Below are positions 29,258 through 39,001 of a DNA stretch of 64,000 bases, one piece after another. Position numbers and translations under genes: made by a program. The notes under the pieces are model-generated. The model worked only from the letters and a program-made list of their open reading frames with translations. It was not told the origin of the DNA and searched no databases. The DNA is from Firmicutes bacterium CAG:95 (GTDB taxonomy: Bacteria > Bacillota > Clostridia > Lachnospirales > Lachnospiraceae). Position 1 is the stretch's first letter. Each line of letters opens with the position of its first letter. The stretch spans positions 22,734-86,733 of the forward strand of contig FR902981.1 of NCBI GenBank assembly GCA_000438155.1, written 5' to 3'.

Positions 29258-29968
29258 ATGGAAAAAGAACGCTTGAATAAATATCTGGCATCCTGTGGCG
29301 TCTGTTCACGGAGAGATGCAGACAGTCTCATTGATCAGGGACTGGTTACGGTGAATGGAAAACCTGCAGCCATGGGAATGCGTGTCTCGGCAGAGGACTC
29401 CATTTTAGTGCGTGGAAAGAGCATTCATGGAAAGAATGATAAAGTGGTTCTGGCCTATTATAAGCCGGTGGGAGTAACCTGTACGGAACGGGATCGCTTC
29501 GCAGACAGGAAAATTACGGATATGGTAAGGTTCCCGGTGAGAGTGACTTATGCAGGGCGCCTTGACAAGGATTCGGAAGGACTGATTCTTCTCACGAATG
29601 ATGGTGAGCTGATTAATGCCATGATGAAGGGGAGTGCCGGACACGAAAAGGAATATATCGTAAAGTTAAATAAAGAAATTACAGAGGATTTCATTCAAAA
29701 GATGGGAGAGGGAGTCTGGCTTCCAGAGTTAAAAATAAAAACCAGACCGTGCAAAGCTGAGCAGATCGGCAAGTTTACTTTCCGTATCATACTGACTCAG
29801 GGAGTCAACAGACAGATACGCAGAATGTCGAAAGCACTTGGGTATGAAGTGAAGGAACTGAAGCGTATTCGTGTGGTAAATATCGAACTTGCAAAGTTAA
29901 AAAAAGGAGAATATCGGCAGATACTCGGGGCGGAATTACAAGCGTTATACGATGCGGTCTACCAATAG
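29258..29968 (+). CDS. Pseudouridine synthase, RsuA/RluB family (S4 RNA-binding domain plus catalytic domain)
   Basis: S4 domain (RLNKYLASCGVCSRRDADSLIDQGLVTVNG) and catalytic-Asp motif (GRLDKDSEGLILLTNDGEL). Confidence 0.8.
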   Translation: MEKERLNKYLASCGVCSRRDADSLIDQGLVTVNGKPAAMGMRVSAEDSILVRGKSIHGKNDKVVLAYYKPVGVTCTERDRFADRKITDMVRFPVRVTYAGRLDKDSEGLILLTNDGELINAMMKGSAGHEKEYIVKLNKEITEDFIQKMGEGVWLPELKIKTRPCKAEQIGKFTFRIILTQGVNRQIRRMSKALGYEVKELKRIRVVNIELAKLKKGEYRQILGAELQALYDAVYQ

Positions 29969-30193
29969 AAGAGATCTGTGAGGGATTGTGACCCAAGATC
30001 TTGTTAGGAAACGACAAATAGAAAAACAGGTTTCATTTTATGAAAAAGAGTAGAAATCGAATGAGAACGGGAATTATGAAATAACCGCCTGAAAGTAAAA
30101 CAGAATGACTTGCAGGAAAACTTGCAAAATTCAGTTTGCATAAGAGATATAATTCTTATTTAAGCTGAAATATAAAAGAAAGAGATTGCCAAA

Positions 30194-32149
30194 ATGGAAA
30201 CTAAGAAGAAACGAATTGAAGAGCTTGTCGGAATTTTGAATGAGGCATCTGGTGCCTACTATCAGGGGCAGGAAGAGAAAATGTCAAATTATGAATGGGA
30301 TGCCATGTTTGATGAACTGACGGCATTAGAACAGGAAACCGGTTATATTCTTCCGGATAGTCCGACGCAGAATACCGGAGCAGAGGAAACGGGAGGAAAC
30401 CGTGAACCGCATGAATTCCCTGCGCTTTCCCTTGCGAAGACCAAGCAGGTCTCCGAGTTGAAAAAGTGGGCAGAAGGGCGGGATATCTGGCTGTCATGGA
30501 AGCTGGATGGTCTGACACTGGTTCTTACCTATGATAAAGGGAAGCTTACGAAGATTGTAACCAGGGGAAACGGTGCGGTTGGAAATAATATTACTTTTTT
30601 AAAAGATGCCATTAAGGGATTCCCCTTAAAGATTTCCTATCAGGGGCATATGGTTGTCCGTGGAGAAGCAACGATTTCCTATACGGATTTTGAGATGATT
30701 AATGATCTGATCGAAGATGATGATGAGAAGTATGCCAATCCGCGAAATCTTGCCTCCGGAACCTTAAGCCTGGATGATCCGCAGAAGGTAAAGGAACGCT
30801 GTGTATATTTCCATGCATTCACGCTGGTTTACCGTGAAGAAGGAATCCGGTCTTTCGGAGAGCAGATGGATTATCTGGATAAGGAAGGATTCCTTACAGT
30901 TGAACGGGAACGGTGCAATGAGGACAGTCTGGATGAAGTGATTGCACGTTGGACGCATAAGGTTGAGAGCGGGCAGATGGATATTCCGGTGGATGGACTG
31001 GTCATCTGTTATGATGACACCGTGTATGCTGCTACCGGATCGGTAACCGGTCATCATGCGACACGTGCCGGATTTGCGTTTAAATGGGCGGATGTTTCTG
31101 CAACGTCAAAGCTCCGCTATGTAGAATGGTCCTGCGCTGCATCAACAATTTCTCCCGTAGCTGTTTTTGAACCGGTGCAGTTGGAGGGAACGACGGTGAG
31201 CCGTGCTTCCCTTTGTAATATCAGTGAAATGGAGAGACTTGGAATCGGAGAAGAATGCACCCTGGAAATTATTAAGGCAAATAAAATTATTCCGAAGTGC
31301 ATTGCAGTAAAGGAGGCAAAAGGCTCTTTCCACATTCCGGAGACATGTCCTGTATGCGGTGCGCGGACGCAGATCCATATCAGCAATAGCGGGACGAAAA
31401 CACTTCATTGTACGAATCCGGATTGTACCGCCAGGCAGGGAAAGAAATATACCAGGTTTGTAAGCAAGTCCGGAATGGATATCGATGGCTTATCAATTCA
31501 GACTATGCTGCGGTTTATGAACGAAGGATTTGTACATGAATTTGCCGACATTTATCATCTGGGACAGCATGCTGAAACAATCCGCAATATGGAGGGATTC
31601 GGAGATAAATCCTGTGAAAACCTGTTGAATGCGGTTGAAAAGAGCCGGGAAGTGAAAGCGGTGAACTTCATATATGCGCTCTGTATTCCCATGATCGGCG
31701 TCGATGCCGCCAGGAAGATCGTAGGAAGTGTGAGCTTCGGAGGATTCCTTGAGCGGATGAAGAACGGACAGGGATTTGAAGATGTTGACGGAATCGGACC
31801 GGAAAAGTCTGGTTCTGTCATGGAGTGGTATCAGATTGCGAAGAATAAGGAAGCCCTGGAACACCTTTTGCAGGAGGTTCGTATTATACAGGGGGAAGTT
31901 GTCAGTGCGGAAGGAGGTACCTGTGCCGGGCTTATCTTTGTAATTACCGGTGATGTACACCGGTTTAAGAACCGTGATGCATTTAAAAGCTATGTGGAGC
32001 AGCAGGGAGGAAAGGTGACCGGAAGCGTCAGCGCAAAGACAAACTTCCTTATTAATAATGATTCTGAGTCCTCTTCAGGCAAGAACAGGAAAGCCAAAGA
32101 ACTGGGCATTCCGATTCTGACCGAGGATGAGTTCATAGAAAGGTTCTGA
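30194..32149 (+). CDS. ligA: NAD-dependent DNA ligase
   Basis: Adenylation KxDG motif (WKLDGLTLVLTY), Cys4 zinc finger (CPVCGARTQIHISNSGTKTLHCTNPDC), C-terminal BRCT-like region. 651 aa. Confidence 0.9.
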   Translation: METKKKRIEELVGILNEASGAYYQGQEEKMSNYEWDAMFDELTALEQETGYILPDSPTQNTGAEETGGNREPHEFPALSLAKTKQVSELKKWAEGRDIWLSWKLDGLTLVLTYDKGKLTKIVTRGNGAVGNNITFLKDAIKGFPLKISYQGHMVVRGEATISYTDFEMINDLIEDDDEKYANPRNLASGTLSLDDPQKVKERCVYFHAFTLVYREEGIRSFGEQMDYLDKEGFLTVERERCNEDSLDEVIARWTHKVESGQMDIPVDGLVICYDDTVYAATGSVTGHHATRAGFAFKWADVSATSKLRYVEWSCAASTISPVAVFEPVQLEGTTVSRASLCNISEMERLGIGEECTLEIIKANKIIPKCIAVKEAKGSFHIPETCPVCGARTQIHISNSGTKTLHCTNPDCTARQGKKYTRFVSKSGMDIDGLSIQTMLRFMNEGFVHEFADIYHLGQHAETIRNMEGFGDKSCENLLNAVEKSREVKAVNFIYALCIPMIGVDAARKIVGSVSFGGFLERMKNGQGFEDVDGIGPEKSGSVMEWYQIAKNKEALEHLLQEVRIIQGEVVSAEGGTCAGLIFVITGDVHRFKNRDAFKSYVEQQGGKVTGSVSAKTNFLINNDSESSSGKNRKAKELGIPILTEDEFIERF

Positions 32150-32157
32150 AGGTATTT

Positions 32158-32199
32158 ATCTACTGATAAACTGCCAAAGGAGATCTACTGATAAACTGC
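32158..32199. promoter_or_regulatory. Two copies of a 17-23 bp direct repeat (atctactgataaactgc[c/g]ccaaag) in the ligA-metA intergenic region. Candidate regulator binding sites.
   Basis: Exact 17-mers at 32158-32174 and 32183-32199, each followed by ccaaag. They sit about 110 nt upstream of metA. No S-box or T-box-like leader is visible. Confidence 0.3.
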
Positions 32200-32302
32200 G
32201 CCAAAGCAGAGGTTGTCAAAAGAAGAGAAAAGGACTATGATTAATAGTATCGCATGTCAGAGGTAATGACAGCCAATATAACAGGGAAAGGAAATATGTA
32301 CA

Positions 32303-33208
32303 ATGCCGATTAAAGTACAGAACGCATTACCTGCAAAAGAAATTTTGGAAAATGAGAATATATTTGTTATGGATGAAAATCGTGCCATGCATCAGGATAT
32401 TCGTCCCTTAAAGGTCTGCATTCTGAACCTCATGCCAGTGAAGCAGGATACCGAATTGCAGCTGTTACGGGCACTGTCCAATACACCGCTGCATGTGGAA
32501 GTGACGTTTATGAAGATGAACAGTCATATTTCCCTGAATACGCCGATCCAGCATTTGAATCGCTTTTATAATACCTTTGATGAACTAAAGAATAAAAAAT
32601 ATGATGGTATGATTATTACAGGGGCACCAGTGGAGCAGATTCCGTTTGAAGAAGTAGATTACTGGCCGGAGCTGTGCGAAATTATGGACTGGGCGAAGAC
32701 GCATGTAACGTCGACCTTTCATATCTGCTGGGGAGCGCAGGCCGGTCTGTATTATCATTATGGATTAAAGAAGGTATTGCTGCCTAAGAAATTATTCGGG
32801 GTATACCATCATAAGGTGATGAACCGCAAGAATCCGCTTGTTCGTGGATTTGATGATTATTTCCTGATTCCACACAGCCGTCATACGGCAGTTCTTTCCG
32901 AAGATATTCATCAGTGTAAGGAACTGACGGTTCTTGCAGAGTCCGAGGAAGCCGGTGTTCTGCTTTGCATGAGTGAAGGCGGTAAGGAGATTTATGTCAT
33001 GGGTCACCCGGAGTATGACCGTTATACACTGCACAAGGAATATGTGCGTGACAAGGAAAAGGGGCTTCCGATTGATGTGCCGAAGAATTATTATCCGGAG
33101 GATGATGATACGCAGAAACCCTGCCTGGAATGGCGTGCACACTGCAACATTTTGTATTCGAACTGGCTTAATTATTTTGTATATCAGATTACACCGTACG
33201 AATTATAA
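32303..33208 (+). CDS. metA: Homoserine O-acyltransferase, MetA family
   Basis: MPIKV...[21 protein letters not shown] and [11 protein letters not shown] motifs of the MetA/HTS family. 301 aa. Confidence 0.85.
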   Translation: MPIKVQNALPAKEILENENIFVMDENRAMHQDIRPLKVCILNLMPVKQDTELQLLRALSNTPLHVEVTFMKMNSHISLNTPIQHLNRFYNTFDELKNKKYDGMIITGAPVEQIPFEEVDYWPELCEIMDWAKTHVTSTFHICWGAQAGLYYHYGLKKVLLPKKLFGVYHHKVMNRKNPLVRGFDDYFLIPHSRHTAVLSEDIHQCKELTVLAESEEAGVLLCMSEGGKEIYVMGHPEYDRYTLHKEYVRDKEKGLPIDVPKNYYPEDDDTQKPCLEWRAHCNILYSNWLNYFVYQITPYEL

Positions 33209-33317
33209 TAACATCAGTGAGCAGAATATCTAAGAGAAGAGGTATTCTGCTTTCTTAATTAAAAAAGATAAAGACTGTTTAAAGAGCTTTGGTATTACCA
33301 AAAAGGAGGGACCGATC

Positions 33318-34292
33318 ATGTGTACAGCAGCAACTTATAAAACAAAAGACTTTTATATGGGAAGAACTCTGGATTATGAATTTTCCTATGGAGAACAGAT
33401 CACGATTACGCCAAGGAAATATCCGTTTGCATTCCGGCATGACGGAATGCCTGATACACACTATGCGATCATTGGAATGGCACATGTGGCAGAAGGGTAT
33501 CCGCTTTATTATGATGCGGTGAATGAAAAGGGACTCGGTATGGCCGGACTTAACTTCGTAGGAAATGCGGTCTATGCAGAGGTTCAGGATGGAAAGAATA
33601 ATATAGCACAGTTTGAATTTATTCCGTGGATTTTAAGCCGGTGTGCAGATCTGAAGGAAGCAAAAGAAACACTTGCTGACATGAATCTTGTGGGAACTCC
33701 GTTCAGTGAGCAGTTCCCTACAGCACAGCTTCACTGGATTATAGCAGATGCGACGGGAGCCGTTGTGGTTGAATCTGTGAGAGACGGTCTGAAGGTATAT
33801 GATAATCCGGTTGGAGTGCTTACGAATAATCCACCTTTTGAAATGCAGATTTTTAATCTGAATAATTACATGCATCTTTCGGAAAAACAACCGGAGAATC
33901 ATTTTGCAAAGGAGGTTCCGCTGCAGGCCTACAGCAGAGGTATGGGAGCATTGGGAATGCCGGGGGATCTGTCATCCATGTCCCGGTTTGTACGTGTGGC
34001 GTATACAAGAATGCATGCAGTATCTGGAAAGGGAGAGGAGGACAGTGTCGGACAGTTCTTTCATATTCTGGGATCGGTAGAACAACAGAGGGGGTGCTGT
34101 GAGGTGACGGACGGAAAATATGAAATCACGATCTATACCTCCTGCATGAATGCTTCCAGGGGAATTTATTATTACACCACTTACCAGAATCATCAGATTA
34201 CGGCAGTGGACATGCACAGGGAAGATCTGGACGCAGAAGAATTGATCTGTTATCCGATGAAAGATGAAGAAACGTTTGTATATCAGAATTAA
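33318..34292 (+). CDS. Choloylglycine hydrolase family (Ntn-hydrolase), bile-salt hydrolase or penicillin V acylase-like
   Basis: Begins MCTAATYKTKDFYMGRTLDYE: the nucleophile Cys2 directly follows Met, with conserved Arg and Asp. 324 aa. Confidence 0.8.
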   Translation: MCTAATYKTKDFYMGRTLDYEFSYGEQITITPRKYPFAFRHDGMPDTHYAIIGMAHVAEGYPLYYDAVNEKGLGMAGLNFVGNAVYAEVQDGKNNIAQFEFIPWILSRCADLKEAKETLADMNLVGTPFSEQFPTAQLHWIIADATGAVVVESVRDGLKVYDNPVGVLTNNPPFEMQIFNLNNYMHLSEKQPENHFAKEVPLQAYSRGMGALGMPGDLSSMSRFVRVAYTRMHAVSGKGEEDSVGQFFHILGSVEQQRGCCEVTDGKYEITIYTSCMNASRGIYYYTTYQNHQITAVDMHREDLDAEELICYPMKDEETFVYQN

Positions 34293-34356
34293 TCGAATCC
34301 CTTGAGAAATATAATAAATAAGAATGTTAAAAACCGTGGCGGGAGCCACGGTTTTT

Positions 34357-34830
34357 CTAATCACGCTTTTCATCAGGTACATGCGGACGTTTGTGGGATT
34401 TTAATTTCATAAAGTCCAGAATGTCTTCTTTGTCACGCAGATCCAGTAACTGAAAATAATATAAGAGCAGACGTTCATCACGATTGAGGTATTTCAATTT
34501 GTTACGAATTTGTGGATCGTTGGTATATTCAACAAATGCCTCGATTTCATCAGGACAATTCATGTTCGTTGGTTGTATGGTTCGTGCAAAATCCATATTA
34601 ATATTATAGGTGACTACTAAATTTAAAAGGTTCTCCACCGGAATTCCATATAATTTGGCAAGATTGTACAGGGAATTAACAGGTGGAGTGATCCGCCCGG
34701 TTTCGTAATGTGAGTATGTCTGACGCGTAATGTTTAAGTGCGATGCAACAAACTCCTGGGAATAGTTGCAGGATTTACGCAGTTCTTTCAGATATTGTTC
34801 TAATGTTCGGTTTTTATTTCCTGTGATCAT
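34357..34830 (-). CDS. XRE-family HTH transcriptional regulator. The start is assigned to an internal ATG, and the listed 247-aa ORF is probably over-extended.
   Basis: HTH (LRKSCNYSQEFVASHLNITRQTYSHYETGRITPPVNSLYNLAKLYGIPVENLL). MITGNK start at 34830 with RBS ggaaagtgg. Upstream in-frame sequence is AT-rich and low-complexity. Confidence 0.55.
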   Translation of the reverse strand: MITGNKNRTLEQYLKELRKSCNYSQEFVASHLNITRQTYSHYETGRITPPVNSLYNLAKLYGIPVENLLNLVVTYNINMDFARTIQPTNMNCPDEIEAFVEYTNDPQIRNKLKYLNRDERLLLYYFQLLDLRDKEDILDFMKLKSHKRPHVPDEKRD

Positions 34831-35159
34831 CCACTTTCCTTTCTGTAGATTTCTGCCGGCCCATCGGGGCTCAATGTTATGATATGTATAGATTCCAAAC
34901 CTCTTGATCTCTATAGTATCCGAAAATGCCCCTCTAAAACATACAAAAAGCACAATAAATATCAAGAAAAAAGAAAATGCACTATAAAAAGTGTATAAAT
35001 TTTCGTGAGAGGATAAAATTGAACATAATTTATAAGATTTTATCGTAATAGAATTTATTTTCATGCAAAATATGTCTTGAAAATATATTATTAATAGCAT
35101 AATACATTATGGAAAGATATTAAAAATAGTATACATATAAAAGGGAAAAGGATGAAAAT

Positions 35160-35882
35160 ATGGATCTGATTGATATTCATTGCCATATTTTGCCTGGGGC
35201 TGATGATGGATCCAAGTCTATGGAGGAAAGTCTTGCAATGTTACGGATTGCACAGCAAAATGCTATCCGTACTATCATTGTGACACCACATAATAAACCT
35301 GGACGACACAATATTCACATCCCCAGTATGAATGTCTATATTAAACAACTACAGGAGCAGATGGGCAGAGCCGGATTGTCAATTGAACTAATCGGAGGAA
35401 ATGAGCTCTATTATCGTATGGAACTTGCACAGGAGCTGCATGGCGGCGTGGCAAGGACGATGGCGGATTCCAGATATGTACTTTTGGAATTTGGACCAAT
35501 GGATGATTACGATTATCTGCGTAATGGTGTCTATGACCTTTTGTCTGAAGGTTATTTCCCGATTATAGCACATGTGGAGCGATATCAGTGCCTGGCAGAT
35601 CATGTTGAACGTATCAAAGATCTGACAGGAATGGGCGCGTATATTCAGGTGAATGCCGGAAGTGTAATGGGTAATGTGGGGTTTGGAATGAAGAGCTTTA
35701 CACGAAAGCTGTTAAAGCAGGAGCTGGTACATTTTGTGGCAACAGATGCACATGACACGAAGAAACGGGCACCGGAATTAAAGAAATGTGCGGATTATAT
35801 TGTTCACAAATATGGGAATCAATATGCTGAGGATATTTTTGTGAATAATCCGGAACATGTTATACGAAATGAGATTCTCTGA
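35160..35882 (+). CDS. PHP-family Mn-dependent protein-tyrosine phosphatase (CpsB/YwqE type)
   Basis: MDLIDIHCHILPGADDGSKSMEESL...VTPH is the CpsB/YwqE signature. Confidence 0.8.
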   Translation: MDLIDIHCHILPGADDGSKSMEESLAMLRIAQQNAIRTIIVTPHNKPGRHNIHIPSMNVYIKQLQEQMGRAGLSIELIGGNELYYRMELAQELHGGVARTMADSRYVLLEFGPMDDYDYLRNGVYDLLSEGYFPIIAHVERYQCLADHVERIKDLTGMGAYIQVNAGSVMGNVGFGMKSFTRKLLKQELVHFVATDAHDTKKRAPELKKCADYIVHKYGNQYAEDIFVNNPEHVIRNEIL

Positions 35883-35929
35883 TGAATCCTGTCAGATGAT
35901 TAATGTGAGAAATTACCAAGGAGAACTTC

Positions 35930-36664
35930 ATGGAAAATCAAAATGAACGTGATGAAATAGAAATTGATCTTGTGGAGTTGTTTTATGTCCTGTGGGGACA
36001 TGTGTGGCTGATCTTAAGTATCGGTCTTTTTTGTGCGCTCAGCTGTTTTGCTCTAAGCAAGTTCGTAATTGCTCCGACGTATAAGTCTACAACCAAAATA
36101 TATATTTTAAATAAGAGCGACAGTTCTTCTGTTACCTACAGTGACGTGCAGATGGGGACACAGCTTACGAAGGATTATACGGAGCTGATCAACAGCCGTT
36201 ATGTATTGGAGGCTGTGATTCAGGAGCTTGGTTTAAATATGGAATACAAAGATCTGCTTAAGAAGATCGATGTAACAACGCCGAGTGATACGCGAATCGT
36301 TTCGATTACCGTAGAGGATCACGATCCGGTGCAGGCAATGAATATAGCGAATTCTGTAAGAGAAAATGCAAGCACCCATATTCAGAATGTTATGGACATT
36401 GACGCAGTTAATGTAGCAGAGACGGCCAATATGCCAACCGAAAAGGCATCCCCGGGCTGCTCAAAATGGGCACTTATCGGAGGACTGCTTGGATGTCTTG
36501 GAATCAGTGCAATAATTCTGATTCGTTATCTCATGGATGATACGATCAAGTCGTCGGATGATATTGAGAAGTATCTGGGCTTAAGCACACTGGCACTGAT
36601 TCCCATGAAGGAAGATGAGGTCAATTCCAAAAAGAAAAAGAAGAAGCATAAACAGAGTAAGTAA
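35930..36664 (+). CDS. Wzz/CpsC/YwqC-type chain-length determinant, the transmembrane modulator of a BY-kinase
   Basis: EIDLVELFYVLWGHVWLILSIGLFCAL N-terminal TM. Second TM near the C-terminus (WALIGGLLGCLGISAIILI), then a K-rich tail. Confidence 0.75.
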   Translation: MENQNERDEIEIDLVELFYVLWGHVWLILSIGLFCALSCFALSKFVIAPTYKSTTKIYILNKSDSSSVTYSDVQMGTQLTKDYTELINSRYVLEAVIQELGLNMEYKDLLKKIDVTTPSDTRIVSITVEDHDPVQAMNIANSVRENASTHIQNVMDIDAVNVAETANMPTEKASPGCSKWALIGGLLGCLGISAIILIRYLMDDTIKSSDDIEKYLGLSTLALIPMKEDEVNSKKKKKKHKQSK

Positions 36665-36739
36665 GGTGTTAAGGAATAACGGGATGATCCCGGATGGGAT
36701 CACGAAGGAAACATAGAGAAGCACGGGAAGATAAGGAGA

Positions 36740-37660
36740 ATGACCATGGATGAGTTAACCATGCAGCATGTATCTTTACGATTTGATAAATCTGAGGATT
36801 ACCGGATTAAAGAAGCATTCAAAACATTGCGCACCAACATTGAATTCAGCGGTGCAGACTTAAAGGTAATCGCCGTAACCAGCTGTACTCCGAATGAAGG
36901 AAAAAGCTCGGTTGCCATGGAACTTGCCAAAGCTTTTGCAGAGGCAGGAAAACGGACACTGCTTATCGATGCCGATATGCGTAAGTCTGTATTAGTAGGG
37001 AGATACAAAACAGGTGCAGTGCGCCTGGGTTTGACTCACATTCTGGTGGGACGGGAGAAACTGAGTGATGTGATCTGTAAAACAAACTTCCCCAAGTTGT
37101 ACATGATTTTTGCAGGCCCCGTTCCACCTAACCCCAGTGAGCTTCTTGGCGGAGAAAATTTTGAACGCCTGATTAATAAAGCAAAGCAGCTGTTTGATTA
37201 TGTGATTGTGGATACTCCACCGCTTGGGAGTGTAATTGATGCAGCAGTTGCTGCCAAGAAGTGTGATGGAACCATTCTTGTTATTGAGAACAATGCGATC
37301 AGTTATAAATTTGCACAAAATGTAAAAGCACAGCTTGACAAGACAGAAAGCCGTATCCTGGGTGTCGTTCTTAACAAGGTGGATATGAGTACGAAGAGCT
37401 ATGGTCATTATGGTAAATACTATGGCAAATATTATGGAAAATATTACGGACAATACGGAAATGAAGGCGGACATGCGAAGACAACAGATCTGAGCAGGCA
37501 GGGAGCGGAAGAAGCCGGAGCAGAAGCAGGAATGCGTGCTTCAAGAAAATTAACCGAGAAGCGTCCGATGGATTCGACAGTAGAAGAAAGTGCAGAATCG
37601 GATCTGAATCTGGATGAGATGCTGGATAGAGGTTCTGACTTAGAAGAGATAAATTTGTAG
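36740..37660 (+). CDS. Bacterial tyrosine protein kinase (CpsD/YwqD BY-kinase) with an extended C-terminal tyrosine cluster
   Basis: Walker A (TSCTPNEGKSSVAMELA), Walker A'/B, and the Y-cluster KSYGHYGKYYGKYYGKYYGQYG, followed by an acidic tail. Confidence 0.8.
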   Translation: MTMDELTMQHVSLRFDKSEDYRIKEAFKTLRTNIEFSGADLKVIAVTSCTPNEGKSSVAMELAKAFAEAGKRTLLIDADMRKSVLVGRYKTGAVRLGLTHILVGREKLSDVICKTNFPKLYMIFAGPVPPNPSELLGGENFERLINKAKQLFDYVIVDTPPLGSVIDAAVAAKKCDGTILVIENNAISYKFAQNVKAQLDKTESRILGVVLNKVDMSTKSYGHYGKYYGKYYGKYYGQYGNEGGHAKTTDLSRQGAEEAGAEAGMRASRKLTEKRPMDSTVEESAESDLNLDEMLDRGSDLEEINL

Positions 37661-37745
37661 TCTGAACTGATTTGAAAAGATGCGCGAACAGTATATGCTG
37701 TCGGAAAAATTACAGCCGGAATAAATGTGACAGAGGAATAAAAGT

Positions 37746-38639
37746 ATGAAAGACAGTGGAAAATGGGCAGTTGTTTTTACCGTTTTAAATATCATATTGA
37801 TTACCGTTTGTGTGGTGCTGCTGCTTAATAAGGACAGGAAACCGCCGGTAATTTCTTTTTCCGGAAATGACCTGATTTATTACAGTGGCATTGACAATGA
37901 GAAGCTTCTGCAGGGAGTGGGCGCTGTAGATGCCAAGGACGGAGATGTCACAGACCGGATCGTAGTAGAAAAGATTGTTCAGAATAAGAATGAAAACCGA
38001 GCCATTGTTTATTATGCGGTAACGGATCTTGACGGAAATGCGGCGAAAGCATCCAGAGTGTTTGAAGCAGTAAACGAAGCTACCGGAGATGCTATGAAGG
38101 ATATCGGAATGGCAGGATTTGACGGAGACATGGATGGATCGCTTCCGGGTGAGCCGGAGACTTTGGAACCTGCAGATGCACAGGAAGAAGAACTACAGGC
38201 CACAGCAAATGCAGAAGATACGTCGGAAGAGGATACAGAAGCTGAAAGTTCTCCTTCCGTATCACCGACACCGGATATAGAGGAACAACGCCGTAAAGAG
38301 CAGGAAGAGGCGGACCGGAAGGCACAGGAAGAGGAAGAGCAAAGACAACAGGAAGAAGCGAGGAGACGGCAGGAGGAGGAAGCTGCTGCCAAGGCCGGAA
38401 ATCCGAAAATTATCTTAAAGAGTACTACCGTAAATGCGACCGCCGGGCAGCTTCCGGCATGGATTGATGCGGTTGGGAGCTTTCAGGATGATAAGGATGG
38501 ATATGAGACGTTATTTAAGAATCTGAAGGCGTCCAAATATGATGTCAATGCCAGGGGAGATCATGCCGTAACGCTGACGACGACAGACTCTGATGGGAAT
38601 GTGTCGGATCCGGTGAGTGTGACGGTGCATGTGAAGTGA
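37746..38639 (+). CDS. Membrane-anchored protein with two Ig-like (DUF5011-type) domains separated by an acidic E/Q/R linker
   Basis: N-terminal TM. The blocks DGDVTDRIVVEKI...YYAVTDLDGNAAKASR and ...YDVNARGDHAVTLTTTDSDGNVSDPVSVTVHV resemble bacterial Ig-like repeats. Confidence 0.45.
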   Translation: MKDSGKWAVVFTVLNIILITVCVVLLLNKDRKPPVISFSGNDLIYYSGIDNEKLLQGVGAVDAKDGDVTDRIVVEKIVQNKNENRAIVYYAVTDLDGNAAKASRVFEAVNEATGDAMKDIGMAGFDGDMDGSLPGEPETLEPADAQEEELQATANAEDTSEEDTEAESSPSVSPTPDIEEQRRKEQEEADRKAQEEEEQRQQEEARRRQEEEAAAKAGNPKIILKSTTVNATAGQLPAWIDAVGSFQDDKDGYETLFKNLKASKYDVNARGDHAVTLTTTDSDGNVSDPVSVTVHVK

Positions 38640-39001
38640 TTGATTGGACGGATATTGAGTGCCGGACGGACGCTCAACCGACGGAATATCAACGCAGACA
38701 CGCGGCGTTTCCTACTCGGCTCGTGCGTCGATTAACCGGCAGTCGCGCAAACTCGTCCTCCGGACTCAGACAGTGCGTTTGGTGCCGGTAACTGGCACAA
38801 GCCTCCTGACGGAAGCCTTGCGAAAGGTCTGCTTGTGATATTTCGTCGGTAGAGCTGAGTGTGGAAGAATGGACTTAATGGAAGAAAAAATGCCAGTTGA
38901 AGAATAATAGTTAGTGGATAGCAATTAATGAATAACAGAATGGATCCTTGGATGATGAGTAAGAACATAAGAGTTCATCCGGGATAAAAGGGTAAAAAGT
39001 A

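Noticed and set aside
38012-38392. ORFs 38012..38392 and 38092..38325 on the minus strand (A/S/C-rich)
   Set aside because: They are antisense to the acidic E/Q/R linker of the 37746..38639 CDS, so they are compositional artefacts.
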